From an uncultured Clostridia bacterium (GTDB lineage Bacteria; Bacillota; Clostridia; TANB77; CAG-508), in assembly GCA_946529215.1 (NCBI GenBank), contig CAMMZC010000003.1, positions 3,976 through 67,975 of the forward strand: a DNA stretch of 64,000 bases, written 5' to 3'. The notes under the pieces were generated by a model. That model had not been told where the DNA came from, made no database searches, and saw only the letters and a list, made by a program, of their open reading frames with translations. Positions 1 to 10,022 of the stretch are shown here, one piece after another (within the stretch, counting starts at the first letter, position 1; each line of letters begins with the position of its first letter). Both the position numbers and the translations under genes were made by a program.

Positions 1-2888
1 TCTTTTTGATATTTATCTATAACTAAATCATATTGTTTTGCAATCATTAACCCTAATTTATTTGCTGCTGTAAATGTAGAGTATTTACCTGCATCTGTTA
101 ATATTGAAAAATATACTCCATGTTCACTATATGATATTTCATTATATTTTATACCTTCTGGTAAATTCACCTCATAAACAAATTTATGACTTTCACCTTT
201 ATGTAATCTATATTGTCCAAGGTCGATTAAGTATGATTTAATTTCATTCCAATTTGTAATTTCATTTGTTTTTTTCCATTTATTTGCTTCATTTGTTAAA
301 TCATTTGATGGCTTTTCTTCTGTAGAATAATAAATAGTAGCGTATTGTGTTAACTCTTCAGGTATATGAATACCAGTATTTGATATGGTTGTAGAATATG
401 TAGAACCTAATTCATTATCTCCTATAATAAACTTGTTCCCTCTAAATGGTATTACACCTTGTAATACAACATCTGTTATGTCTTGTGAGTAATTATTTGT
501 TATGCTTAATTCTATTTCTGCATTTCTTTGTTGTTTTCTAACTGTTGCAACTCTAGGTGCTATAGTTTCACTATTATTATTGTCATAATTAAATGCTTTT
601 TGGCTTGTTAATAATTCGTTTGAAGATATTAATGAAATTTGAGTAGTTATATAATTGATTTTTTCATTTTGATTCAAATCTCCATCTATATCATATATAT
701 CTTTACTCTTAAATAAGTAATCTGACGCTTCTTCATTTATAGCATATAGTTCAATCTTTCTGGTAACTGTTGTGTTTCTAGGGTCTGGAGTCATATTACA
801 ATCAATTTTCAAATTATATTTTTGTTCTGTATTATTCTCTGTTAAAATATTTATAAAATAACATTCATCTTCTTCGTGTAAATCATATCCTAATATAGAT
901 ACATTTTCATTATCTATTTCTACAGAATTAATTTTCATATCTATTATTTCTTTAGGTATTTTTACTAGGAATATGCCATTTTTCCATTTTTGTGTATTTT
1001 CTCCGTCATTTATATTTATATTTATTATTTGATTTTCTAATGTTTCTTGTGTTGATATCTTATCTTTTTCTATATTAATTTTTGCAACAGAAAGTGGAGC
1101 TTCATAGTATGCATTATTTGTGACTTTACTTAAATCTGTTCCATAATAACCAGACAAGGTAGTCTTTATATATTGCAATTTATTAAAACTATCTCTGTCA
1201 TAATTATAAGTTATATAATTGTCATCTAATTCTTTAATATTATACACATAGAAACTTGTATTTTTATTTACACTGCTAGTTTCTACTCTTATATGTTTTA
1301 CTGAATTCTTATAATTAAATGGACTTGTTGCAGTATATTGATTCCAATTGTTTTGTGTAAAAGTTTCTATTAATTCGTTTGTTTCATCATTATAAATCTT
1401 AATCCAACCATTTTCACCCAAAGCAGAGAAAGCATCTTTAAAATATATTCCTTTATTTGTAGTTAAGTTTTCCATATCTTCCTGTGATGAATCATTCTTT
1501 ATAAAATTGTCTGAAATTTGCTCATTACTATTTTCAGCTTCTTTCATTATAATTTCTTTATTCTCACCTTGTGATCCTCTAGTTATTTTCCATAAAACAG
1601 TATAATAATCATCTTTTTCTTCTTCAGTCATTCCATTATAAATTTTTAATGGTTTTTCTTTTGATATATAATGTCTATAATATGGATATGCTGATTCTTT
1701 TCCTATTTCAGTAAAAAATCTATAGACAAAACCTTCTGTTTTTGTCCATCTTACAACAATTGTTGATTCATCTGTATTTGATACATAAGGATTTTGAAAT
1801 CCACTATTTGTATTATTAAAGCCTTCATAATATGTCTTTAATGGAATCATTAATTCCAAAACATCATCTTTCATATTATCATAAGCTTGTTTTGGATATA
1901 CTACATTAAATTTATATGTATTGCTTCTACATCCACTATCTGCAGATTTTTTTACTACTCCATTTTCATACAATTGTGCTTCTCTTTTAGCAATAAAAAA
2001 TCCTGTTTCCGAATTGTACTCAGATGTAATTCCGTCTCCTGTTATGTTTACAGATATAGGTCTATATCCATTTAGTTCTGATATTACACCTTCAATATTT
2101 GAAGTTTTTAATAATAATTTTTCATCTGTCTCTTTAGTTATAATTTCAAAATCTAATTTAACTTTATCTCCTTTTAAAAGTTGATCCATATTGTCTACAT
2201 TTTGGTTTATTTTATTAGTATATATTTTTGAAGTTACTGTTCCATACCAATCTACTGTAAAATTAATTGTTTTATTTATTGGAGTTTCATGACCATTATC
2301 ATCAATATGTGTTCCTGTAAGTGTTACACTATTTATTTTGCTGTATTTTGTTGTATCATTTCCAATTGCTGCTTTTACAATACCTGTTATTAATTTTTGA
2401 TTACCATTTTGTATATCTTTTAGTTTTATTGTTTTGGTATCTTCAGAAATATAGTTTTGTGCAATAATTTGATCTCTTACAAGTGTTGTTGCTAAGTTAA
2501 AATTGTTTGAATTTATTGTAATTACTCCATCTTTAAAATGACCATTATTTATTACTTTAAGGTCCATATATAATGTATCTTGTTTTCCTATTTCATTACA
2601 TGTTCCTCTTATTGAATCTGCTTTTCCATCTCCATCTAAGTCTTTTAGGAAAAAAGCATCAAAAAGGACATAGTCAGATTCTGTTTTTTCATCTCCAGAT
2701 TTAACTACATCATATTCTCTTGACCTTAAAATTTCTGGTGTGATTTTAAAACTCTCCGTTTTGCTATTTTTTTTAGTTACATAAATAGCTAGAACGACAA
2801 CAATAATAGCAAAAAGAACAGCCAATATCTTTTTGGTATTTACTGTTCTTTTTTTATTTTTTTTACTATTTAATTTACTATTTTTCAT
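1..2888 (-). CDS. Large secreted/surface-anchored protein, 3' end beyond window (partial)
   Basis: Reverse-strand reading from ATG at 2888 (RBS GGAGAAG upstream) gives MKNSKLNSKKNKKRTVNTKKILAVLFAIIVVVLAIYV..., a basic N-terminus followed by a hydrophobic signal/anchor segment. The frame stays open to position 1. It is absent from the ORF track, most likely because it has no in-window stop. Only short plus-strand ORFs occupy this 2.9 kb. The N/T/K/Y-rich composition is typical of surface proteins. Confidence 0.5.
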   Translation of the reverse strand, partial: MKNSKLNSKKNKKRTVNTKKILAVLFAIIVVVLAIYVTKKNSKTESFKITPEILRSREYDVVKSGDEKTESDYVLFDAFFLKDLDGDGKADSIRGTCNEIGKQDTLYMDLKVINNGHFKDGVITINSNNFNLATTLVRDQIIAQNYISEDTKTIKLKDIQNGNQKLITGIVKAAIGNDTTKYSKINSVTLTGTHIDDNGHETPINKTINFTVDWYGTVTSKIYTNKINQNVDNMDQLLKGDKVKLDFEIITKETDEKLLLKTSNIEGVISELNGYRPISVNITGDGITSEYNSETGFFIAKREAQLYENGVVKKSADSGCRSNTYKFNVVYPKQAYDNMKDDVLELMIPLKTYYEGFNNTNSGFQNPYVSNTDESTIVVRWTKTEGFVYRFFTEIGKESAYPYYRHYISKEKPLKIYNGMTEEEKDDYYTVLWKITRGSQGENKEIIMKEAENSNEQISDNFIKNDSSQEDMENLTTNKGIYFKDAFSALGENGWIKIYNDETNELIETFTQNNWNQYTATSPFNYKNSVKHIRVETSSVNKNTSFYVYNIKELDDNYITYNYDRDSFNKLQYIKTTLSGYYGTDLSKVTNNAYYEAPLSVAKINIEKDKISTQETLENQIINININDGENTQKWKNGIFLVKIPKEIIDMKINSVEIDNENVSILGYDLHEEDECYFINILTENNTEQKYNLKIDCNMTPDPRNTTVTRKIELYAINEEASDYLFKSKDIYDIDGDLNQNEKINYITTQISLISSNELLTSQKAFNYDNNNSETIAPRVATVRKQQRNAEIELSITNNYSQDITDVVLQGVIPFRGNKFIIGDNELGSTYSTTISNTGIHIPEELTQYATIYYSTEEKPSNDLTNEANKWKKTNEITNWNEIKSYLIDLGQYRLHKGESHKFVYEVNLPEGIKYNEISYSEHGVYFSILTDAGKYSTFTAANKLGLMIAKQYDLVIDKYQK

Positions 2889-3025
2889 CCCTATCTTCTC
2901 CTTCGAATTATGCAAATTTTTCCTTATTTCTTAAATTGTTTCCTCAATTTTTATTTAATCATACCTGTCGTTATTTGTCAATAATTTTACTAAGATTTTT
3001 TTAGGTATTTTTTACTATTTTGGGT

Positions 3026-4108
3026 TTAAATAAATTTTCTTGGAACCCTATCTGAAATAGTACACATAATTTCATAATTTATAGTATTACATTTATCTGC
3101 AAGTTGCTCAAGAGTAATATTTTCGTTATCCCAGATTATTACATCATCACCTAATTTTACATTATCTATTTCTGTAACATCTGCCATAAAACTGTCCATA
3201 CAAACCTTTCCTATAATAGGTGCTTTTTTGCCATTAATTAAAACTTTCCATCCATTTGAAAAATCTCTTCTAAAGCCATCTGCATAACCAATTGGAATTG
3301 TTGCAACTTTTGTTTCTTTTTCTGTTATAAAGCTTCTTCCATAACCAATACTTGTTCCTTTTTCTACAGTTTTTAGAAATGTAATCTTAGACTTTAAACT
3401 TGCAATTGGTTTTAGATTTATTTTTTCAAAAGTATTTTCTGCACCTGCATATCCATATAGAATTATCCCAGGTCTTACAAGATTAAAATGAGCTTCAGGA
3501 TAATTAAGTAAAGCATTTGATGCTGCTGCATGTATATATTTTATATCTCCTAAAATTTCTTTAGCCTTTTGAACTGCAATTTTAAAAGATTTTAATTGAT
3601 GCATAGAATACTCATCATCTACATCTGCTGCAGAAAAATGTGTGTAAATTCCTTCAACTTTAATATTTGAGCCTAAACTCTTTATGTATTGTTCAATTTT
3701 GTATGGATGAACTCCTGTTCTTCCCATTCCTGTTCCAACTTCAACATGGACTATAACGTTTTTGCCTGTTTCTGCCAATTTCTCCGCAAATTCGTAAGAA
3801 CTTATTCCAACAACTATATTATATTGGATTATTTTTTCTATTTCACTTTCATAAGGTTGATTTAATACGAATATTTCTTTTTCATATCCTATGTTTCTTA
3901 AATTTACAGCTTCATCTACATTTGCAACTGCCACAATATTAAATTTGTTTAATACTTCTAGCCTTTTGTTAATATATGTTCCATATCCATTTGCCTTTAT
4001 AACAGGCATAAGCTGAACATTTTCTCCAACATATTTTTGAATTTGTTCAATATTAAACTCTAAATTTTTTAAATTTACTTCCATATATGTAGGTCTAGTG
4101 ATTTCCAT
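3026..4108 (-). CDS. alr: Alanine racemase
   Basis: 360 aa. N-terminal PLP-binding region (VIKANGYG...) and overall alanine racemase architecture. Confidence 0.88.
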   Translation of the reverse strand: MEITRPTYMEVNLKNLEFNIEQIQKYVGENVQLMPVIKANGYGTYINKRLEVLNKFNIVAVANVDEAVNLRNIGYEKEIFVLNQPYESEIEKIIQYNIVVGISSYEFAEKLAETGKNVIVHVEVGTGMGRTGVHPYKIEQYIKSLGSNIKVEGIYTHFSAADVDDEYSMHQLKSFKIAVQKAKEILGDIKYIHAAASNALLNYPEAHFNLVRPGIILYGYAGAENTFEKINLKPIASLKSKITFLKTVEKGTSIGYGRSFITEKETKVATIPIGYADGFRRDFSNGWKVLINGKKAPIIGKVCMDSFMADVTEIDNVKLGDDVIIWDNENITLEQLADKCNTINYEIMCTISDRVPRKFI

Positions 4109-4150
4109 AAAGTCCTCCTCTTTCTTATATATTAATCAAATGTATGCAGT

Positions 4151-4801
4151 TTAAGCTTCTTCTTCATATTTTTTATGTATCTTCATAATTTCGTTATCCA
4201 TTTTGTTAATTATTCTCGCATATTTAACCATTTTTTTAGAATCTGCACTAGAAAGCTTATTTTTAGCCTTATATTTTAATTTATGTTCTGTACTTGACCA
4301 AAAGTCCATTGCCATTGTTTTTATTTGAATCTCTGTTTTAACATTTGCAAATGCATCCCCTATATTTACAGGTGTTTGAGCTATTATATGATATCCTGAA
4401 TATCCACTTTTTTTAGGCTTTGTAAGATAGTCCTTTCTCTCCAAAATTTCTAATTTTGGATTTTCTTCTATAATTTTAACTACTTTAAATACATCACTTT
4501 TAAAAGGACAAACAACTCTTATTCCTGCAATGTCATCAACATTTTCTATAAGGTTTTTGTAGTTTAAATCATATTGCTTTCTTTTCATCTTCTTTATAAT
4601 ACTATCTGGGGTTTTTACTCTGCAATTAATATTGTTTATAACATCATATTGATAATAATTACTTAAGCTGTTTTTTACATTTTCTAAATCATCTTTTACT
4701 TGAGTCATTGCCATTTCGTAAATATGCATTATTTTTTGAAATTCCTGCTCTTTTACATTAATCGGGACTAATTGATTAGAAGCAAGTGTTGGCACTTCCA
4801 T
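4151..4801 (-). CDS. Small alarmone synthetase (RelA/SpoT-domain GTP pyrophosphokinase, RelQ/RelP-like)
   Basis: 216 aa single-domain synthetase. Motifs DIAGIRVVC, GYSGYH, IQIKTMAMDFWSSTEHKLKYK match the (p)ppGpp synthetase domain. Confidence 0.8.
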   Translation of the reverse strand: MEVPTLASNQLVPINVKEQEFQKIMHIYEMAMTQVKDDLENVKNSLSNYYQYDVINNINCRVKTPDSIIKKMKRKQYDLNYKNLIENVDDIAGIRVVCPFKSDVFKVVKIIEENPKLEILERKDYLTKPKKSGYSGYHIIAQTPVNIGDAFANVKTEIQIKTMAMDFWSSTEHKLKYKAKNKLSSADSKKMVKYARIINKMDNEIMKIHKKYEEEA

Positions 4802-4946
4802 AGCGATCCCTCCTTGACTAAAATTTTATTAATATACTGTAATGTAATGATGATTGTTTTATGTTTTTTGTGTAAAATATTTTCTATTTGGATTATATCA
4901 TATTGCAATTTTTTTTTCAATAATATATAATTATTTTTGAAAGGAA

Positions 4947-5927
4947 ATGATAACAATGATACAAGAAGCGGAAAATCCCCCATATTTAAATGATTTTTTA
5001 GATTACATGATAACAATTCAAAATAAATCAAAAAATACTGTAAAAGAATATAATTATGATTTAGCAACATTTTTAAGATTTTTAAAAATGCATTTCAAAT
5101 TAACAGATGAAGATGATTTAAAAATGATAGAATTTGATGATGTAACAATTGATACATTAAAAAAAGTAAAACTTGAAGATTTGCATGCCTTTTTAGGATA
5201 TCTTACAAAAAACTATAATAGCAAGGCGACTACACGTTCTCGCAAAGTTTCAAGTTTAAGGGTATTTTTTAATTATCTATGTCAAAAAAATTTAATTGAA
5301 ATAAATCCTACACAAAATTTAGAGACTCCAAAAATAGGAAAAAGATTGCCAAGATATTTGACTTTGGAAGATAGTAGAAAACTTTTAAATGTAGCTTCTA
5401 ATGAAGATAATAGAAATAATGAAAGAAATTATGCTATAACTACCCTATTTTTAAATTGTGGAATGCGTTTATCTGAGCTTGTCGGAATAAACTTAACAGA
5501 TATTGTTTGGGACGAATGTCAATTAAATGTAATTGGAAAAGGAAATAAAGAAAGAACAATTTATTTAAATAAAGCTTGTGTTAAGGCATTAGAAGAATAT
5601 ATGAGAGTTAGACCTAAAACACATATAACAGCAGACGCAGAAAAAGCCTTATTTTTAAGTGAAAGAAAACAACGTATCTCTCGCAGAATGGTTCAAGAAA
5701 TCATTTATAGTGAACTAAAACAAGCAGGACTTGATACTTCAAAATTTTCTGTACATAAACTTAGACATACTGCTGCAACTCTTATGTACCAATATGGACA
5801 AGTTGATATTCGTGCTTTGCAAGAACTTTTGGGGCATGAAAGTATTTCTACTACTGAGATTTATACTCATGTAAGTAATAATCAAGTTAGAGATGCAGTT
5901 GAGAGAAATCCTTTGGCAAATATGTAA
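4947..5927 (+). CDS. Tyrosine site-specific recombinase XerC/XerD family
   Basis: 326 aa. C-terminal catalytic motifs HKLRHTAATLMYQYG...LLGHESISTTEIYTHV (R..H..R..Y) are typical of Xer recombinases. Confidence 0.85.
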   Translation: MITMIQEAENPPYLNDFLDYMITIQNKSKNTVKEYNYDLATFLRFLKMHFKLTDEDDLKMIEFDDVTIDTLKKVKLEDLHAFLGYLTKNYNSKATTRSRKVSSLRVFFNYLCQKNLIEINPTQNLETPKIGKRLPRYLTLEDSRKLLNVASNEDNRNNERNYAITTLFLNCGMRLSELVGINLTDIVWDECQLNVIGKGNKERTIYLNKACVKALEEYMRVRPKTHITADAEKALFLSERKQRISRRMVQEIIYSELKQAGLDTSKFSVHKLRHTAATLMYQYGQVDIRALQELLGHESISTTEIYTHVSNNQVRDAVERNPLANM

Positions 5928-5998
5928 ATGTGTAAAAAAACCTGTTGTAAGCTATACAACAACATGTATCAAAAACTTAATAATGATTCAAAAAAAAA

Positions 5999-6029
5999 CG
6001 CCTAAAAAGCCATTTTAGGTGTTTTTTTC
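5999..6029. terminator. Bidirectional rho-independent terminator downstream of xer gene
   Basis: A-run, hairpin cgcctaaaa-agcc-attttaggtg, then TTTTTTT. Confidence 0.6.
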
Positions 6030-6556
6030 TATTTTTCTTTGTTTGCTGTACAATAATTAAATATTTCTTCTGCTATTTCTTCTTCTCTGCCAGCTCTATA
6101 ATAAAATACATTATTAAAAATATTATTATTTCTAAGAATAATTGTAAAAGAATCATTTAGTGGAATGTCTATTATTTTTTCTTTAAATTCTACTCTTCTA
6201 TGTAAAGTATAAGTATTAGGACTTACTTTTACTTTTTGTCTTTTATGTGATAATTTATGAAGAAAAGATTTTAAAGCAAGTTTATCATTTAACAATATTG
6301 ACTTTTGATAATTATCAAATATAATAGTTTTTTCTACACGTGAATAATATTTTTTTGATTCTTCAATATTTGATCTACTATAAAACAATGTGGATTCTCT
6401 ATAGAACGGAGACTCAAAATCTCTATCTCTGTAATTTATTCTTATTTTCTTAGCACTAGATGGAATTACTATTTTTGGAATTAATCCGATATAAATATAT
6501 TTCTTCAACTCCTTCTTGAAATTCAATTCCAGTTGCATTATAGCTAGTAAAAGCAA
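6029..6556 (-). CDS. Hypothetical protein, possibly the C-terminal part of a frameshifted gene together with 6456..8153
   Basis: 175-aa ORF overlapping the upstream 565-aa ORF by about 100 nt in another frame. A T5/A5 homopolymer at 6473..6477 lies inside the overlap. Confidence 0.35.
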   Translation of the reverse strand: MLLLAIMQLELNFKKELKKYIYIGLIPKIVIPSSAKKIRINYRDRDFESPFYRESTLFYSRSNIEESKKYYSRVEKTIIFDNYQKSILLNDKLALKSFLHKLSHKRQKVKVSPNTYTLHRRVEFKEKIIDIPLNDSFTIILRNNNIFNNVFYYRAGREEEIAEEIFNYCTANKEK

Positions 6557-8153
6557 TCGCTTTTAGGCTTTTAGGAAATACTACATATTTACCTTTCATA
6601 TCTCTAACAATTTTTCGAGAAAATTCTTCTGCTTCTGGGCAACCAAATAGAGCTCTGTTATTAGTGTTTATATACTCTATCCCTTCAGGAACATAATATA
6701 CTTCTCTTTTAATTTTAAAAAAATTTTTTTCTTTAAGAAGTTTGTACAAAATTATTAAAGGTAATATTTGTTCATTATCTTCTACAATAGATAATCTATT
6801 ACATATTGTTTCTATAGGTAATTGCTCCTTATAACATATTGATTCCCAAGGTGTGCGTTCTGAATCAAACCAATGTGGCCCCTGATTTCCAAAATATTTA
6901 ACGTTGTTTTCTACACCTAAAAAATCTTTTCTATCAGCAATTCTTTTGAACCAGTTAATCATTTTTTCTTCTGAGTTTAGTGATACTAATAATTGTAACA
7001 AATATATATTATTTAATATATATTTTATGTCAAAATCACCTGAATCATTAGTAAAAATATTCTTTATGTAAGAAACAACATCTTTTGCATTTTCTTCACC
7101 AAATAGTTCTTGTAATGTAGAATTATTACCTCTTATAATATCTTCAATCCTTTTTTCTACTTCTTTACTATATATGTCGTATGCTTCTTCACTGTTTCCT
7201 TTTTCTAATAGCGGGCTTTTAAAAAGATTATAATCATTAGCAACAACATCAAATTTTAATTTATATAATTTAGCTTTTATGTCTTTATCTAGCAATTTTC
7301 CATATTTTTCATAGAAATTTAAATCATTTTCTAATTGATCAATTTCATTTAATAAATCTGTTAAAATGCCTGTACTTCTTTTTAAATCGATGCCTTGTAA
7401 TCTTTCAGATAATATTTCTTTATATTCAGGATGTTTATAAAAATAAGATTCAACTCTTTTTTCTAGTATTGCAATTTTAGTATATAAGTCTGTAGTCATA
7501 ACATCTATATCATCTATATTCAAAATATTTGAAGCATTTACTTTTAAGGTTTGATAATAATTTTCTAACTCATCTCTATTTATATTTTCAATTTTTAAAT
7601 TTTGTAATATTGTTTTATAACTTTCTGTTTCAAAGAGTATTGCTTCTTTTTGATTCATACATATTAAAAAACTTGTTGTTAAATTCTCAATTTCTTGTTC
7701 TATTGTGTTACGTTTCTTTTTTGGTAGACCTATTTTTTTCTTTAACTCTGTAAGTGCAACTAATCTACACAATATATCATTTTGCTTTTTTTGTATATCA
7801 CTTAAATACAGTTCAAATTTTTTTAAAAGAATCATTTTATTCATTTCAGATTTTTCTTTTAATAAATTGTCTTTTTCATTTACAAATGTTTTTGTTGTTA
7901 AAGAAATCAGCATATTTAGTTCTTTATTTAATTCTAAATTATTAAAATCTGCTGTAAAAATAATCTTCTTTTTTAGCAATTGATTAAAATCTTCTATATA
8001 ATTATCTATTCTTTCATACATATCTTTGCAATTTAAAAATGCACTTTTACTAGGTATATTAAGTGTATCTGATAATCGCATTATTGTATAGTCGTGATTA
8101 ATATTTAAATTTATTCCGAATATGCTCTTTATTATTTTAAGGATACTTATCAT
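6456..8153 (-). CDS. Hypothetical protein (no recognisable domain)
   Basis: 565-aa ORF with RBS AGGGGGAA 4 nt upstream of the ATG and a consensus sigma-70 promoter upstream. No motif recognised. Confidence 0.5.
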   Translation of the reverse strand: MISILKIIKSIFGINLNINHDYTIMRLSDTLNIPSKSAFLNCKDMYERIDNYIEDFNQLLKKKIIFTADFNNLELNKELNMLISLTTKTFVNEKDNLLKEKSEMNKMILLKKFELYLSDIQKKQNDILCRLVALTELKKKIGLPKKKRNTIEQEIENLTTSFLICMNQKEAILFETESYKTILQNLKIENINRDELENYYQTLKVNASNILNIDDIDVMTTDLYTKIAILEKRVESYFYKHPEYKEILSERLQGIDLKRSTGILTDLLNEIDQLENDLNFYEKYGKLLDKDIKAKLYKLKFDVVANDYNLFKSPLLEKGNSEEAYDIYSKEVEKRIEDIIRGNNSTLQELFGEENAKDVVSYIKNIFTNDSGDFDIKYILNNIYLLQLLVSLNSEEKMINWFKRIADRKDFLGVENNVKYFGNQGPHWFDSERTPWESICYKEQLPIETICNRLSIVEDNEQILPLIILYKLLKEKNFFKIKREVYYVPEGIEYINTNNRALFGCPEAEEFSRKIVRDMKGKYVVFPKSLKAIAFTSYNATGIEFQEGVEEIYLYRINSKNSNSI

Positions 8154-8181
8154 AATATTCCCCCTATTTTATATCAGGAAT

Positions 8182-8210
8182 ATTATACCATACGTCTGAG
8201 TTTATGTCAA
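8182..8210 (-). promoter_or_regulatory. Consensus sigma-70 promoter for the 565-aa hypothetical gene
   Basis: Minus strand reads TTGACA-17 nt-TATAAT: -35 is the reverse complement of 8205..8210 and -10 is the reverse complement of 8182..8187. Confidence 0.6.
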
Positions 8211-8253
8211 CTAGCACATTTAGGATAGGGCTTTTTGCCCATTCCGACTTGCA

Positions 8254-9993
8254 CTAGTCCAAAAAAAGACCTTTCATCCATTTAATTGCATTCTCATAAG
8301 TTGCAACATCTTCCAAATCTACATCAACCATTTTAAGCAGTTCAACAGACTTTTTTGTACAACCTTGTTTTAGCATATCTATATATTTTTCAACATATCC
8401 AGGCTTTTTTTCTAGAATATTTTTTGCAATTACAATTGCAGCCGATACTCCTGTTGCATATTTATATACATAAAAAGGAGTATAAAAATGAGGGATTCTT
8501 GCCCATTCATATTTTATTTGCTCATCTATTACTACATTTTCTCCAAAATATTCTTTGTTTAAATCATAATAGATTTTATTTAAATCTTCAGCAGTTAACA
8601 TTTCTCCAGCTTCAATTTTAGAATGAACGATTTTTTCAAATTCTGCAAACATTGCTTGTCTAAAAAATGTAGCTCTAAACATTTCCATTAGTTCATATAA
8701 AAGCTCTTTTTTCTTGTTTTCATCTTTTTCATTGTTTATTTGATACATTGCAAGTAATATTTCATTTGTAGTTGATGCAATTTCAGCTACCATAATTGTA
8801 TAATTTGCATCTATTACATTTTGATTTGTATTTGAATAGTATGAATGCATTGCATGTCCTAATTCATGAGCTATTGTACTTACATCTCTTTTTTTATTTA
8901 CAAAATTTGTAAGCACAAATGGATGTACTCCATAAACTCCCATACTATATGCTCCACTTCTCTTGTTTTCTTTTTCATATACATCTATCCAATTATTCTC
9001 AAAAGCTTCTTTTAGTTTAGAAACATATTCTTCACCAATTACAGAAAGCGCATCAAGTACTTGTTTTGAAGCTTCTTCATAAGAAATATTATCATCTTCT
9101 GCTTCTATTGGATTAACATATATATCATATAAATGCATTTCATCTTTTCCAAGTAAATCTTTTTTTATTTTCATAAATTCGTGATTTACATTTAGGTTTC
9201 TATGAACAGCTTCAATCAAAGCATTATACACCTTTATTGTAGCATCATCATTATCTACTGCTCTTTCTAAAGAAGAATTATATTTACGTAATTTACTCGT
9301 AATAGTTGCAGATTTAACTTTTGTAATATATAACTCACCAATTGTATTTAAAAATTCACTATATTTTTTATACATTAAATTAAATGCTTGTTTGCGAACT
9401 TCTTCATTTTTATCTTTTAAATAATATGTGTAATTACTATCTGTTAGCTCTACTTTTTCCCCATCTGCATTTTTTAGTTTTCCAAATTTAAATTCTGTAT
9501 TTGTTAAAATATCAAAAGTATCTTCCATACTAGAAAAAACTTCAGAATAATTTGCTAAAAGCTCTTCTTCTTTTTCAGATAGAATATGTGCCTTTTCTTT
9601 TAAAATTTCTTCTAATTCTCTTCTATATCTTTCAAGTTTTGGTTCATTATTCATAAAAGTTAAAAGCTTCTCATTTTCAATTCTAGTAATTTCTGGAGTA
9701 ATAAATGCAGTAGCTTTTTCAAATTCTGTTCCTACATTTTCTACAATCTTATATAGTTTTATATTGTTTGAATTTGCCATATCTAAATGATAAGTTAACA
9801 TTCCATAACTATAAAATTTTTCATAAACTTCCAAAGTTTCTTCATAAAGTCTATAACAGTTATATAAATTATTTGCGCTTTCTCCTAGTTTTCCTTTATA
9901 TTTCTCTAAATTTTTAAGATTATCTTTTATTTTTTGTTTTGCTTCTTCAAAATCCTCTTTTGTTTTATAAATATCTTTTAAATTCCAATTCAT
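8254..9993 (-). CDS. pepF: Oligoendopeptidase F (M3 family)
   Basis: 579 aa. HELGH zinc motif (IAHELGHAMHS) and M3B PepF-like layout. Confidence 0.88.
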   Translation of the reverse strand: MNWNLKDIYKTKEDFEEAKQKIKDNLKNLEKYKGKLGESANNLYNCYRLYEETLEVYEKFYSYGMLTYHLDMANSNNIKLYKIVENVGTEFEKATAFITPEITRIENEKLLTFMNNEPKLERYRRELEEILKEKAHILSEKEEELLANYSEVFSSMEDTFDILTNTEFKFGKLKNADGEKVELTDSNYTYYLKDKNEEVRKQAFNLMYKKYSEFLNTIGELYITKVKSATITSKLRKYNSSLERAVDNDDATIKVYNALIEAVHRNLNVNHEFMKIKKDLLGKDEMHLYDIYVNPIEAEDDNISYEEASKQVLDALSVIGEEYVSKLKEAFENNWIDVYEKENKRSGAYSMGVYGVHPFVLTNFVNKKRDVSTIAHELGHAMHSYYSNTNQNVIDANYTIMVAEIASTTNEILLAMYQINNEKDENKKKELLYELMEMFRATFFRQAMFAEFEKIVHSKIEAGEMLTAEDLNKIYYDLNKEYFGENVVIDEQIKYEWARIPHFYTPFYVYKYATGVSAAIVIAKNILEKKPGYVEKYIDMLKQGCTKKSVELLKMVDVDLEDVATYENAIKWMKGLFLD

Positions 9994-10022
9994 AATTACT
10001 CCTTTCCGTGTTAATCCCCAAA

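Noticed and set aside
4768-5070. 100-aa minus-strand ORF overlapping the xer recombinase start
   Set aside because: It overlaps a strongly supported gene and its promoter region. The low-complexity translation has no RBS support.
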